Source of the DNA: Sumerlaeia bacterium
Lineage (GTDB): Bacteria > Sumerlaeota > Sumerlaeia > SLMS01 > JAHLLQ01
DNA length: 64,000 nucleotides
NCBI GenBank assembly: GCA_040219255.1
Contig: JAVJSW010000012.1
Location: forward strand, 64,001-128,000
Reading direction: 5' to 3'
Shown: piece by piece, positions 50,162 to 60,168 of the stretch
How positions within the stretch are numbered: the stretch's first letter is position 1
How the letters are laid out: each line of letters begins with the position of its first letter
Translations under genes and position numbers: made by a program
The notes under the pieces: model-generated
The model's input: only the letters and a program-made list of their open reading frames with translations
Told to the model about the DNA's origin: nothing
The model's database searches: none

Positions 50162-50445
50162 CGCGGCTCACCGAAGTACTCGCGGTGTTGGCGAAAGGCT
50201 TCTTTGAGGGCGTCGTTCGCCTCCGGCGGATTGCGCAGTGCCTCGAAGAAAAGCTCCCGGTCTTGCTCCGTGAGCGTGATAATCTCGTGGGACTCGATGA
50301 CGTGATCGGCCTTCTCTCGAACGGCATCGACCACAAAATCGGACAGAGTGCATCCCTGGATGGCGGCCGCCTTGATCAGGCGCTCCTTCATGATAGGATT
50401 CACGCGGGCTTCGATTCGGCTGGTTTTCGTCGCGTTGGTGTCCAT
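50158..50445 (-). CDS. DUF1778 RHH antitoxin (AtaR/TacA type)
   Basis: RIEARV...KAAAIQG.TLSDFV, FFEAL.NPP; 4-nt overlap with the toxin gene. Confidence 0.92.
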   Translation of the reverse strand: MDTNATKTSRIEARVNPIMKERLIKAAAIQGCTLSDFVVDAVREKADHVIESHEIITLTEQDRELFFEALRNPPEANDALKEAFRQHREYFGEPR

Positions 50446-50471
50446 GGGCAAATCCCCCTCTGATGCCTTCC

Positions 50472-50499
50472 ATTGTACTCCATTTGTCGGGCAAGTCAA
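50472..50499 (-). promoter_or_regulatory. Sigma70-type promoter of the TA operon
   Basis: TTGACT-N16-TACAAT on the minus strand, 26 nt upstream of the antitoxin ATG. Confidence 0.7.
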
Positions 50500-50614
50500 G
50501 CGGTGCTGAGGTGGGGACCATTCCTCAAGGTGCCCTTCCAATCTTTCACGACGATGTAACCTGACAAGAAGTCGCCTTTCCCGCATCACTCCACTAAGTT
50601 CGACAAAGACAACC

Positions 50615-50635
50615 CTCTCCGCGTCTCCGTGGTGA
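50615..50635. repeat. Solo copy of the CACGGAG repeat arm
   Basis: Reverse complement TCACCACGGAGACGCGGAGAG matches TCACCACGGAGACACGGAGG at 14541. Confidence 0.6.
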
Positions 50636-50662
50636 TTTCAGGCAAGAAACGTGGCGCTGCCG

Positions 50663-51592
50663 TCAATGCAGCCGCCGCGGCTTGACGTCGCGCAGCGCCT
50701 CGCCGATGTCCTGCGGGCGGACGAAGGCGTCGTCCGGCGCGATGGCGCGCGCCGTGGCGCAGGCGGTGGCGAAGGCGAGCAGCTCGCCGCCGCGCTCGCC
50801 CCGGTTCCAGGCGTCCGCCATGCCCGCCAGAAAGCTGTCGCCGGCGCCCACCACGTCGCGGTCCACGGTGCGGCTGGGGGCGCAGGACCAGACCTGGCCG
50901 TCCTTCTGCACGAGGAGCGCCCCGTGCCGCGCATCCGTCAGGCAAACCGCCTCGCAGCCCTTGGTCAGGAACTCCTTGGCGGCGTCCTCGAGCCCCGCGA
51001 AGCCGGAGCCGATGGTCCAGGGCAGAAGCTCCTGGGCTTCGGCGCGGTTGATCTTCAGCACCGTGGGCGGGGATTTTTCGAGGGTCAGGCGCAGGGGTTC
51101 GCCCGCCACGTCGAGGAAAACCGCTGGCTGCCAGGGCTGGGCGCGGACGATGCCCGTCCAGGCGTAGTCCGGCAGGCCGGGCGGCAGGCTGCCGGCGAGG
51201 ATCAGGGCGACGTCCTGGCCGCGAAAGCCGGGCAGTTTGGCGAGGAACTCGCGGAATTTGGCGACGGAGACGGGCGCGCCGGGGGTGTTGATTTTCAGCA
51301 GGCGGCCCGATTCTTCCTCGCGCGCGTGGATGTTGATGCGCGTCGCCACGCCCGGGTCGGTGTGAAAGAGAGGCAGGTCCTCGCGCGAGGCGAGTTGGGC
51401 GAAATCCCGGTCGCAGAGCGCGCACGCCACCGTCGGCGAGCCGATGGCGTGGAGCAGCCGCGAGGCGTTGATGCCCTTGCCGCCGGCGAAGCGCCGTTCG
51501 TCCGGCGAACGCAGCACGGCGTCGAAGCGGATTTTCGGCACGGAAACCCAAAGATCGACGGAGGGGTTGAGGGTGAAAGTGAGTGTGAGCAT
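50663..51592 (-). CDS. PfkB family hexose kinase (1-phosphofructokinase-like)
   Basis: TLNPSVD, GGKGINAS, TRINI, GSLPPG, LKINRAE, VGAGDSFLAG. Confidence 0.93.
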   Translation of the reverse strand: MLTLTFTLNPSVDLWVSVPKIRFDAVLRSPDERRFAGGKGINASRLLHAIGSPTVACALCDRDFAQLASREDLPLFHTDPGVATRINIHAREEESGRLLKINTPGAPVSVAKFREFLAKLPGFRGQDVALILAGSLPPGLPDYAWTGIVRAQPWQPAVFLDVAGEPLRLTLEKSPPTVLKINRAEAQELLPWTIGSGFAGLEDAAKEFLTKGCEAVCLTDARHGALLVQKDGQVWSCAPSRTVDRDVVGAGDSFLAGMADAWNRGERGGELLAFATACATARAIAPDDAFVRPQDIGEALRDVKPRRLH

Positions 51593-52061
51593 GACGCGGG
51601 AACGGTAGGGGCCGGGGGGCGCGCGCTCAAGGCGCAAAGTGTGCGCCGCCCCGCCCTTGGGCGGAAAGGACGGAGGGTGCTCGCCGCGCCGCCTGGGCAC
51701 GCCGCCGGGAACGCATTGTGCTTCACTTCGCGGGGTTATCACCTGGAAGCGCTTCGCCGGCAGGCGGCACCAATGAATGCGGGAGGTATGAACTAACTCT
51801 CTTTTTTCCAGTCGTCTTGTCGATTCTCGCCGATGAATGACGAGTCGATTCTCCATGAATGTGAAAGTGATTTCGCTCCTCACTTCCCGTTGACGTGACG
51901 GTGCGAAGTGGGCACGGTGCGCTCCTATTAGCGGTGAGGCGGCTTGTCCGTCCTCGGTTGCGGTGGCGTGTTCCCAACCCCTGGGATGCGACCGAAATGA
52001 GAGCGACCGGCGGACAGGTCGTTCCGAACCCACCATCCGCAACACCGAGGATGACGACATT

Positions 52062-53174
52062 ATGTCCGTACCCTTTATGGATTTGGCCGCAGATAACGAG
52101 CCTCTTCTCGAAGACTTCCTGGAAGACCTGAAGGAAGTATTCGAGAGTGGCCACTTCGTCGGTGGACCGACCGTTCAGAAATTCGAAGAGACGTTCTCGC
52201 GATTTATCGGCGTGAAGCAGACCGTGAGCTGCGGAAGCGGCTCCGATTCGCTGACCATGGCCCTGCGGGCCGTGGGCGTGGGCGGCGGAGACGAAGTGCT
52301 CTGCCCCGCCTTCGGCTACGCCTCCGTTCCCGAAGCGGTCGCCCGCCTGGGCGCCACGCCGGTTTTCGTGGACTGCCATCCGGGCACCTACTGCATGGAC
52401 CCGGAGAAGGCCGTTTCGAACATGAACCAACGGACCAAGGCGATCATCGCGGTCCACCTGTACGGCCAGGCCTGTGACGTGAACAAGATCACCCACGTCG
52501 CCCGCACCGACAGCGTCATCGTTATGGAAGACGTGCGCCAGGCCACGGGCGCCCGCATCGGCAACCGCCGGCTGGGCACCTATGGCGATTTCGGCATCTT
52601 CAGCTTCCACCCGGAAAATCCGCTCGGCGGCGTGGGCGACGGCGGCGCCGTGACCACGAATCACGAGCGCCACGCGGAAACGATCCGTTTCCTCAAGGAT
52701 CACGGCCGCGCCAGCGGCGCGGAAGTCTCCGATTATGTCGGTTACAACAGCCGTCTCGACGCCATCCAGGCGGTTATGATCTTGCAGAAGCTGCAAGATC
52801 TGGACGAGGACAACGCCGAGCGCATCGAGAACGCGCGCCTCTACAACAAGATGTTCGCCGGCTCGCCGGTGCAGACGCCTCAATTCTTCGACGATGGCAG
52901 CCACATCTACTCGAATTACGTGGTGATGGTGCCGGAGCGCGATAAGCTGGTGGAGACGCTGAAGGCCAAGAACATCGGCTATCGCCTTCCTTGCCCGCAA
53001 GCCTGCCACCTACAGCCGGCCTTCAGCTACCTGGGCTATCAGCAGGGCGCTTTCCCCGTGGCGGAAGAACTGGCGGCGAAGGCGCTGGCGCTGCCGATCT
53101 GCCCGAACCTGAAGAAGAAGCACATCGAAACGGTGGGCGAGACGATCCTGGGCCACTACGGCGCCGCGATCTAA
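52062..53174 (+). CDS. DegT/DnrJ/EryC1/StrS family protein lacking the PLP Schiff-base lysine
   Basis: VPFMDL, VHLYGQ, EDVRQA, SFHPENPLGGVGDGG, GYNSRLDAIQA. Confidence 0.9.
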   Translation: MSVPFMDLAADNEPLLEDFLEDLKEVFESGHFVGGPTVQKFEETFSRFIGVKQTVSCGSGSDSLTMALRAVGVGGGDEVLCPAFGYASVPEAVARLGATPVFVDCHPGTYCMDPEKAVSNMNQRTKAIIAVHLYGQACDVNKITHVARTDSVIVMEDVRQATGARIGNRRLGTYGDFGIFSFHPENPLGGVGDGGAVTTNHERHAETIRFLKDHGRASGAEVSDYVGYNSRLDAIQAVMILQKLQDLDEDNAERIENARLYNKMFAGSPVQTPQFFDDGSHIYSNYVVMVPERDKLVETLKAKNIGYRLPCPQACHLQPAFSYLGYQQGAFPVAEELAAKALALPICPNLKKKHIETVGETILGHYGAAI

Positions 53175-53208
53175 ACCCGCTTGGCGTTCCGCTTCAGCTG
53201 AAACGTCC

Positions 53209-53243
53209 GGAAGAACCGCGGCCAACAAGGCTGCGGTTCTTCC
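53209..53243. terminator. Hairpin between convergent genes
   Basis: GGAAGAACCGCGGCC/GGCTGCGGTTCTTCC stem. Confidence 0.65.
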
Positions 53244-53259
53244 ATTTAAGGCCAAGGCA

Positions 53260-53655
53260 TCAGAAGGCGGCGCGCATTTCCAGCAGCGCGGCCCGCTCCT
53301 CGTCGATTTCGCGCATGGTGCGCACGCCTAGGCGCCGCAGCACCGCCAGGGGAGGGCACCAGCCCTGGAGGGCGTGCTGGAGCAAGAAGCCGCTGACCGC
53401 CAGCGGCAGAATCAGCGCGCGCCGATGACCCATCAGGCCCATGGCGGTGCCCGCCAGCATGAGAGTGGAGGCGTTGGCTTCCAAGGTGCGTTCCGTGTCC
53501 CATTCGCGATCGAGTTCCTCGAGACGGTGATCGATCAGTTCCGGATGGCGGGCGTAGAATTGGATGCTGCGCTCCGTGTTGGCTTCGATGCGGGCGTTCA
53601 GGCTGTCGCGGGTGTGCTCGGGAACCCGGCGGGAGGTTGCGGGGAGAGTGGTCAT
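53260..53655 (-). CDS. DUF2892/YgaP-like small membrane protein
   Basis: RLEELDREWDTERTLEANA, FLLQHALQGWCPP, RRLGVRT..EID.ER. Confidence 0.85.
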   Translation of the reverse strand: MTTLPATSRRVPEHTRDSLNARIEANTERSIQFYARHPELIDHRLEELDREWDTERTLEANASTLMLAGTAMGLMGHRRALILPLAVSGFLLQHALQGWCPPLAVLRRLGVRTMREIDEERAALLEMRAAF

Positions 53656-53741
53656 AGTGGTCGTTCCTTTGACGAGATGGTTTGCCGCTTCCGGAGAAGA
53701 GGTTTTGCAAGGGTCGTGACAAGGGACGGAGCAGGGGGCGG

Positions 53742-55907
53742 TCAGGGGGTGGAAATTTCCGCGCGAACGGCGGAGAGGTCGCGCTGGAGCTGGAGCTGGC
53801 GGAGTTCGACAAGGCCCTCGCGGTCCGTCAGGTCGAGGCGGACCCGCAAAAAATTCGGCCCGGCGGCGGCCCAGGACGGGTTCTCGAGCAACGGCACCCG
53901 AACCGAATGCCAGGTGCCGTCGGCAGGGACTCGGCGCGCGATGGAACGGTCCTCGCCAAATGGTCGGCCATCGCTGGTGAAGTAGACTTGAAACGTGGAT
54001 TGGCCGCCGGGGTCGCGGGGGACGACGCGCAACTCGACGGCGAGATGGCTGGCCGCGTAGGTCTCCGGCGGCAGGGGCAGGTCGATCCAGGAGTCGGTGC
54101 TGGTGGAGCGGAAGGCGAGCGCACCGTCGTCGGAACTCGGCTCGTCTGGTTCCAAGTGGGCGAAGGCCGCCCCGGAAGGCGCCCCGGGCCGGATTCGGGA
54201 GAGCAGGTTGAGACCGGTGGCGTCGGGGATCTGCTGGGTCGCGGAGAGCCAGCCCGCGATGGCGCGTTCGGGAGTGAAGCGCGTCCAGACCACCTTGCCG
54301 TCGCGGTCGGCGACGAGAAAGACCGTGCCGCCGGCGGAAGGAATGGGATCGTTCAGATTGGTTAGCACGCGGAAGTCCCGGCCGCCGGCCCAATCCTCCA
54401 GATACATCTCGTGAACCAGATAATAGTAGGTCAGCACTCGCGGCAGGTAGGGGCGGATGAGTTCCTGGGGGAAGTCTTGCAGATAGAGGGTTGCGCCTTG
54501 CGGGGCGCTGGCGAGGAGGGGGGCGAGCTGCTCGCGGTGGCGCTCCATCATGGCGCCGCCCTCGCGCCAGAGTTCGACCGCCACCCGCGTCCGCCACGCC
54601 GCGGCGAGCAACAGCAGACCGGCCACACCCGCGAGGCCCCGCCGGAGCCAAAGCGCGGCAGGGGGGGTGCCGGGCCGGGGCCAGAGCGCCTCAGCCACGC
54701 GCCCGAGCAGAATCGCCAGCAGCGCGACGGGCAAATAGTAGACGTAGCCACGATCGATGCCGGAATCGGCGATGGCGGGCCGCGGAACGAGCCAGAGGGC
54801 GTTGAGCTGGAACAGACAAAAGCAGGTCACGCCGAGCAGAGGCAAGGGCTGGCCGAGGAGCACGGCGCGGCTCCGGCGCCAGAGGAGGAGCACTAGCAGC
54901 ACCGTCAGCACCGACGCCGCGATCCCCGCCAGCAGGCCCACCGGGGCCGTGCCGGGAATGCCCAGCGGAATCGGGTTCGCGTAGAGCTGGATATCGTTGA
55001 CGAAGTTCCTGAGATAACGCAGCAGACGGGTCCGGACGGTGACTTCTTCAGCGAAGTAAGGCTGTGCCAGGGTCCCGAGGGCCACGCGCCGGACGATCAG
55101 GTAGGCCAGCGGCGCCCACGCGAGAGGCAGAAGCAGAGCGGCGGCGCGCCGCGGGCCGGGCACGCGGCGCAGCGATTCGATCAGCAGCCAAAGCCCAAGC
55201 ACGCCCATGGCGAGCGCCCCGATCTCGGCCACGAGAGCGAGGAAGAAGACGGCGGGCGAAAGGGCGGCGCTGGCGATGGCGGTTTGCCGGGCGGTTCTGT
55301 CGCTGGCGCGCACCAGCAGGACCTGGAACGCGGATGCCAGAGCCAGAAAAACCAGCGTCGCCGTGATCGTCCAACGCACCGCCGTGGCCGCGACGGCGGC
55401 GGCGATGGACGGATGAAGCGCCAGCACGGCGGCCCCCGCGAGCGCCGGACCGTCGCGCCGCCAGGCCGCGGCTCCCCCGAGTACCAGCGGCCCCCTGATG
55501 AAGAGAAACACGAGCGCCGCGCACGCCAGGTGCATCAGCAATTGCGCCGTGTGATTCCACGCCGCCGTGTCGGGGCCGATGGCGTTGATCGCCTGGTCGA
55601 CCACGCGCGAGCCAAAGCGGTAGTAGAGGCCGGCGCCTTCGTGCAGGTAGGCCGAGCGCAGAAAGAAGGCGAAGGGACTGCGGCCCTGGATGATGTTCTG
55701 CTCGACGGGGGCCTCGTTCATGAAGGGCAGCCGGATGACCGGGGCGTAGATCAGCGCGGTGAGCAGAAGGAGGCCGGCGAGCGCCAGCCAGGGCAGGAAT
55801 CGCCGGGCCGGGCAGGCTCCCCCAGTGGCCGGCAGAGCTTGCCCGCCAGGGGAAGGAAGGGGAAAAATCGCGCGCGCGCAGCGTTGCGTTCGAAGCCAAA
55901 GGTGCAT
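53742..55907 (-). CDS. Polytopic membrane protein, GT-C glycosyltransferase-like, with C-terminal soluble domain
   Basis: About 11-12 TM segments; YYRF, NH..QLLMH, LALHP, DRGYVYYLP; start approximate. Confidence 0.65.
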   Translation of the reverse strand: MHLWLRTQRCARAIFPLPSPGGQALPATGGACPARRFLPWLALAGLLLLTALIYAPVIRLPFMNEAPVEQNIIQGRSPFAFFLRSAYLHEGAGLYYRFGSRVVDQAINAIGPDTAAWNHTAQLLMHLACAALVFLFIRGPLVLGGAAAWRRDGPALAGAAVLALHPSIAAAVAATAVRWTITATLVFLALASAFQVLLVRASDRTARQTAIASAALSPAVFFLALVAEIGALAMGVLGLWLLIESLRRVPGPRRAAALLLPLAWAPLAYLIVRRVALGTLAQPYFAEEVTVRTRLLRYLRNFVNDIQLYANPIPLGIPGTAPVGLLAGIAASVLTVLLVLLLWRRSRAVLLGQPLPLLGVTCFCLFQLNALWLVPRPAIADSGIDRGYVYYLPVALLAILLGRVAEALWPRPGTPPAALWLRRGLAGVAGLLLLAAAWRTRVAVELWREGGAMMERHREQLAPLLASAPQGATLYLQDFPQELIRPYLPRVLTYYYLVHEMYLEDWAGGRDFRVLTNLNDPIPSAGGTVFLVADRDGKVVWTRFTPERAIAGWLSATQQIPDATGLNLLSRIRPGAPSGAAFAHLEPDEPSSDDGALAFRSTSTDSWIDLPLPPETYAASHLAVELRVVPRDPGGQSTFQVYFTSDGRPFGEDRSIARRVPADGTWHSVRVPLLENPSWAAAGPNFLRVRLDLTDREGLVELRQLQLQRDLSAVRAEISTP

Positions 55908-56232
55908 GGAAACCGGAGCGGCGGCTCCATTCAAACGATCGAAGTCTGATTCTGAGAAGGACCGCGCGGGGACCGGCAGGTCAAGGCCCCTTATGCCCGG
56001 CGGAACGCGTGGAAGAAAAACAAAGGCTGGGGAAAGTGGGAAGTTCGCGGCGCCGTTCGGCGGTTTGGAACGCAAAGGAGAAATGTGACGCAGTCGAGGA
56101 TCATGACACTTTTCTGTTGCCAATTCCCGCAAGACCTTCACATTGCGCCTCTTTTTGGGATGGTGGAGCGATCCAAACTCGGCCACCGCTGTGGGCTCCG
56201 CCCCAACATTTTGCTTTGAAGGATGAGGTTTC

Positions 56233-56910
56233 ATGGGCTTGAATGGACTTTGCCGCCGCGGCGGCTTCACACTGATCGAACTGCTTATCGTGGTGGCGAT
56301 CATCGCGATTCTGGCGGCCATCGCCGTGCCGAACTTTCTCGAGGCACAGGTGCGCTCGAAGGTTTCCCGGGCCAAGGCGGACATGCGCACCATGGTGACC
56401 GGGCTTGAGAGCTATGCTGTGGACAACAACAAGTATCCAGATGTGGATCGCAGCCTGCTCCCCGCCGGCGCACCGATCAAGCTGGGCACGGGCTATTCCC
56501 GTTTGGCCCAGTCGCGACTGACCACACCAATTTCCTATCTCTCGAATTCGCAGCTGCGCGATCCATTCGCAATTGGCGACCCGGGTGCGACTCCGGTGGC
56601 GGGTGGCTCGGCGACTCAGGTGACTTACTATGGATACGCCAACGCCGAAGCGGCCTTGATTTCACCGGACCTCGCGGCGGTCGGCATTTCCGCCACACCG
56701 GAGCAGAAATCCCAGTTCGACGAGCACCGCTTCGTGCTCCAGAGCGTGGGCCCGGACACGGAGAACTTCGCCTACGTGCCCGGCAACTTCCCCGTGGCGT
56801 TCGCCACCCTGATCAGCGACACGCCCGCCGTCGGCGATTTCTATTACGACGCCACGAACGGCACGATTTCCGGCGGCGACATCGTGCGCACGGCGAAGGT
56901 CGCGAACTAA
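56233..56910 (+). CDS. Type IV pilin / pseudopilin-like protein (N-terminal methylation site)
   Basis: GG|FTLIELLIVVAIIAILAAIAVPNF; LTTPISY, DPF, SVGPD, YDATNGT.SGGDI. Confidence 0.92.
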   Translation: MGLNGLCRRGGFTLIELLIVVAIIAILAAIAVPNFLEAQVRSKVSRAKADMRTMVTGLESYAVDNNKYPDVDRSLLPAGAPIKLGTGYSRLAQSRLTTPISYLSNSQLRDPFAIGDPGATPVAGGSATQVTYYGYANAEAALISPDLAAVGISATPEQKSQFDEHRFVLQSVGPDTENFAYVPGNFPVAFATLISDTPAVGDFYYDATNGTISGGDIVRTAKVAN

Positions 56911-56935
56911 GACCGCACAGGCCCAAGCCTAGGGC

Positions 56936-57706
56936 CTAGGCCTGGGCGGCCGAGCGTTCCTGCAGGATCGAACGGAGAAGGCCCCGGGTCCTCTCGAAGA
57001 CGGTTTGCGGCGAGCCTTCGGCGGAGATCTCGAGCAGGAGACCTTGGGCCTTGTAATACTCCTCCAGGGGCAGCGCGCTCGCTTCATACTGCTCCAACCT
57101 TTTGAGGATCGGTTCGGGCCGGTCGTCGTCGCGCTGGTACAGTTCCCCGCCGCACAGGTCGCAGACCTCCTCGACCTTGGGGGGGCTGAAGCGCAGGTGG
57201 TAGGTCGTCTTGCACTTGCCGCAAGTCCGTCGCCCCGAAAGGCGCTCGACAACGCTGTCGCGGTCGAGGGTGTAGCTGAGGACGGCGTCGAGTTCGAGTT
57301 TCATCTCCGCGAGCATCGCGTCGAGCGCCTTCGCCTGGCCGACGGTGCGGGGGAAGCCGTCGAGCATGAAGCCGTAGCCGCACTTCAGGCATCGGCCCCG
57401 CTCTTCCACCATGGCGATGACCATGTCGTCGGAAACCAGCAGGCCGTTGCGCATGGCCTCGATGGCTTCCCGCATCGCCGGGCTGATTTTCTCCTTAGGC
57501 ATGCCTCGGGTGGCTCGAAAGACATCGCCCGTGGAAAGCGGACAGGAGGAGAATTCCTCGGAGATCAGGTCGGCCTGCGTGCCCTTGCCAACGCCGGGGG
57601 CGCCAAGCAGGACCAGGCGCAACGGCCGCCGGGGATTACAGTCCGTCCGGGTGCATGTTCCTCCGTTTGGAAAGAGCCAGACCCCTTGTGAATTTTCGAT
57701 CGCCAT
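56936..57706 (-). CDS. adk: Adenylate kinase with Zn-binding LID
   Basis: GAPGVGKGTQA, LSTGDVFR, LDGFPRT, CGKC...CDLCGG, QRDDD. Confidence 0.95.
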   Translation of the reverse strand: MAIENSQGVWLFPNGGTCTRTDCNPRRPLRLVLLGAPGVGKGTQADLISEEFSSCPLSTGDVFRATRGMPKEKISPAMREAIEAMRNGLLVSDDMVIAMVEERGRCLKCGYGFMLDGFPRTVGQAKALDAMLAEMKLELDAVLSYTLDRDSVVERLSGRRTCGKCKTTYHLRFSPPKVEEVCDLCGGELYQRDDDRPEPILKRLEQYEASALPLEEYYKAQGLLLEISAEGSPQTVFERTRGLLRSILQERSAAQA

Positions 57707-57769
57707 TCGCCAGACCTCTCAGTGGATTCGAAGAGCCAGCTTCAGGGTAGGCAGAAAGATTGCCGCAGG

Positions 57770-60031
57770 TCAATTCGGAGCGTATGGACCGGTGTCTTGT
57801 TTGGCCAGAACCCCCGTCGCCCGTGTCAACTCGTCCACCCGCAGCGTCGCGAACGTCTGGAGGAGCGGCTTCTGGCCAGCGCGTCCGGCGGTCAGTTGGT
57901 ATTGGCCGGGGGCGAGGCCCCGGATCGTGACGACGCCGTCGGGGCCAGTCGTGCCGGCGCGTGGGTTCTGGATGCTTGCGGGGTCGAGGGGTTCGGCGCG
58001 CACCGGCAGGCCGGCTGCGGGCGAACCGTCGGCACGGGCGATTTTCCACAGGAGCGACCCGGCGCGGTAGAGGACGTCCTGGAAGGTCAAATCCTCGGCG
58101 GCGACTTCGATCTGGCGCTCCAGGACGCTGTAGCCCCAGGCGCTGATCTCCATGTCGTAGCGGCCGGGCGGGATGTTGTTCATGGTCAGGACACCGTCCG
58201 CCCCGCGATGGGAGGGGTCGAACCGGTAGGGCGTGCCGTCGGCGGCGGTCAGGTAGCACCACGCCTTCTGTAGCGGACCCTCCGTATCCAGGCTGTAAAC
58301 GACCGAGGTGATGGTGGCTCCAGAGGCGGGCTCGAGGACGATTTCGATCTGGCTGGCCTCGCCGGAGGAAGGCAGGGCGGTGAGGGTTTCGGTCTGATAA
58401 TCGGCGTGGCTGGCGGTGATGCGAAAGGTTGAGTCGAAGGATGGTTTCAACTCGAAGCGTCCTTCCCGGTCTGTGACGGCGGAGACGCCCAACTCTTCGA
58501 AGGTCAGGGATGTGGGTGGGTTGTCCGGTTCGGCGCTGATGCGAACACCGGGGATCGGCTCGCCGGTCGTATTGCGCACGAAGCCGGCGAGGTTGAGGCG
58601 CGGAATGTCGATGTCGTGCTCGACGCGTTGGCCCGGGCCGACGGTGACATCATGACTTTCAAAAGCCTGCAGGTTCCAATGGGGCCGGGCGACGACGGCG
58701 TAGGTGCCTGGAACAAGACCCGGAAAAGAATAGAAGCCATCGCGCGACTCGCTCCATTCGGCGCTGTATTCGGTGCTTTCCTCGTGCTGAAGAACCACCC
58801 AGGCCCGCAGTGGCTGGCCGCTGGAGGTGATGCGGCCAAAGACCTCGGCGGAACCGACCAGGATCGTTTCCTCATAGACATCCTCCGGGCCCCAGGCTTT
58901 CAGCTGAACGTCGCGATTGTACTCGGGCACTTCCAGCCGGTAATCCCCCGGCGGCAGGTGCGCGAATCGGGTGCTGCCCTGGGCGTCCGTTTCCTTTTCC
59001 CAGCTTTCCCATGTCGACTCGTTGCGCAATTGAACCTGGGTTTCCGCGACGGGGGAATTATTATTCGCTTGCCGGACATGGACTCTAATCATCGTGCCAG
59101 AGCCAACCTCAATGACCCCAACGTCCGACTCCCGTCCCTTCGGAATGTCGATCGACTTGTATGCGGTCACGTAGGGGTCCGACGGCAGGATCTGCAGGCG
59201 CGCCGGACCAGACGGCACCGTCAGCGTGAACCGGCCACCCTCATCGGTAATGGTGTGCTCGCTCGGCAGGCCGCCGAGCCGACGGCTGTCGGCCTCGGCT
59301 GGCATAGCCACGACGCGGCACCCCGCGATGGGCTCGCCATGAACGGAGTCGACCACCCGGCCATGGGCCGTGGCGGCGGGGCGGAGCAGCACCGCCTGCA
59401 TCGTTCGCGCAGAGGCGTTACTGAATGCGATACTTCCTGATTCGCCCGTCGCATAGCCAGGAGCCTGTACACGGAATCGCACGAACTCGCCGGACGTTCC
59501 GGTGACCTGAATATGGCTCGAAGGCTCCTTCAACAGGACCGGCGTGGGGCCTATGAGACGCTGGATGGTGAAGTCACCGATGGGCTGACTTGTGGAAAAG
59601 TCAACCACTTGAAACAGCAAGGTGATGGAGTCCGAGGGCGTTTCCTTACCACCGGTCTCCGCCGTTTCGCCGCCCGCGCCAATGGAATCTCCGGCGGTAT
59701 TGGGCGGTTCGACCGTCATCGCGCCTTCGGGCACCGGTGCCGGGTTTGGAGCCGCGGGGCGTGGAGAAAAGTCGACCTCCTCCGGTTCGGAGACTGCGGG
59801 AGCCGTGACGGTATGTGGCGCGGGAGAAATTTCGCCCCCCGAAGCGAGCGCCCCAGCACCGCCGTTCGGGCCGTCGGCCACGGCCGTGAAACCAGCGACG
59901 GCTGTTTCGGCCGGGAGAGGAAGCGTGGCATTGCCGCCGGGAGGGCCCTGCGACCGCCACGCCACCAGCACCAACACGCCAAGGCACGCGAGCACGAAGA
60001 TGAGAATGAGGGGCAGAACGACTTTCTTCAT
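57770..60031 (-). CDS. Membrane-anchored carboxypeptidase-regulatory-like (tandem beta-sandwich) protein
   Basis: N-terminal TM, Pro/Ala linker, repeated GRVVD..GEPI.G / TD..GRF / L.PG.Y motifs. Confidence 0.82.
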   Translation of the reverse strand: MKKVVLPLILIFVLACLGVLVLVAWRSQGPPGGNATLPLPAETAVAGFTAVADGPNGGAGALASGGEISPAPHTVTAPAVSEPEEVDFSPRPAAPNPAPVPEGAMTVEPPNTAGDSIGAGGETAETGGKETPSDSITLLFQVVDFSTSQPIGDFTIQRLIGPTPVLLKEPSSHIQVTGTSGEFVRFRVQAPGYATGESGSIAFSNASARTMQAVLLRPAATAHGRVVDSVHGEPIAGCRVVAMPAEADSRRLGGLPSEHTITDEGGRFTLTVPSGPARLQILPSDPYVTAYKSIDIPKGRESDVGVIEVGSGTMIRVHVRQANNNSPVAETQVQLRNESTWESWEKETDAQGSTRFAHLPPGDYRLEVPEYNRDVQLKAWGPEDVYEETILVGSAEVFGRITSSGQPLRAWVVLQHEESTEYSAEWSESRDGFYSFPGLVPGTYAVVARPHWNLQAFESHDVTVGPGQRVEHDIDIPRLNLAGFVRNTTGEPIPGVRISAEPDNPPTSLTFEELGVSAVTDREGRFELKPSFDSTFRITASHADYQTETLTALPSSGEASQIEIVLEPASGATITSVVYSLDTEGPLQKAWCYLTAADGTPYRFDPSHRGADGVLTMNNIPPGRYDMEISAWGYSVLERQIEVAAEDLTFQDVLYRAGSLLWKIARADGSPAAGLPVRAEPLDPASIQNPRAGTTGPDGVVTIRGLAPGQYQLTAGRAGQKPLLQTFATLRVDELTRATGVLAKQDTGPYAPN

Positions 60032-60168
60032 ATGTAAGGTCGTCGCGAAGGGGTTGCTCCGAGAGCAACGAAAAAGGCGCGGCAAAGGACCGGCGAGCGT
60101 GGCCTATCCTCGCATTCTCGGCACTCTCCCCTTGCCATTCCCACCCCGCCCCGCCCCAGTGAAATCAG

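Noticed and set aside
53706-53721. Canonical sigma54 promoter for the DUF2892 gene (TGTCACG-ACCC-TTGCA, minus strand)
   Set aside because: The essential -24 GG is GT; suggestive but not supportable
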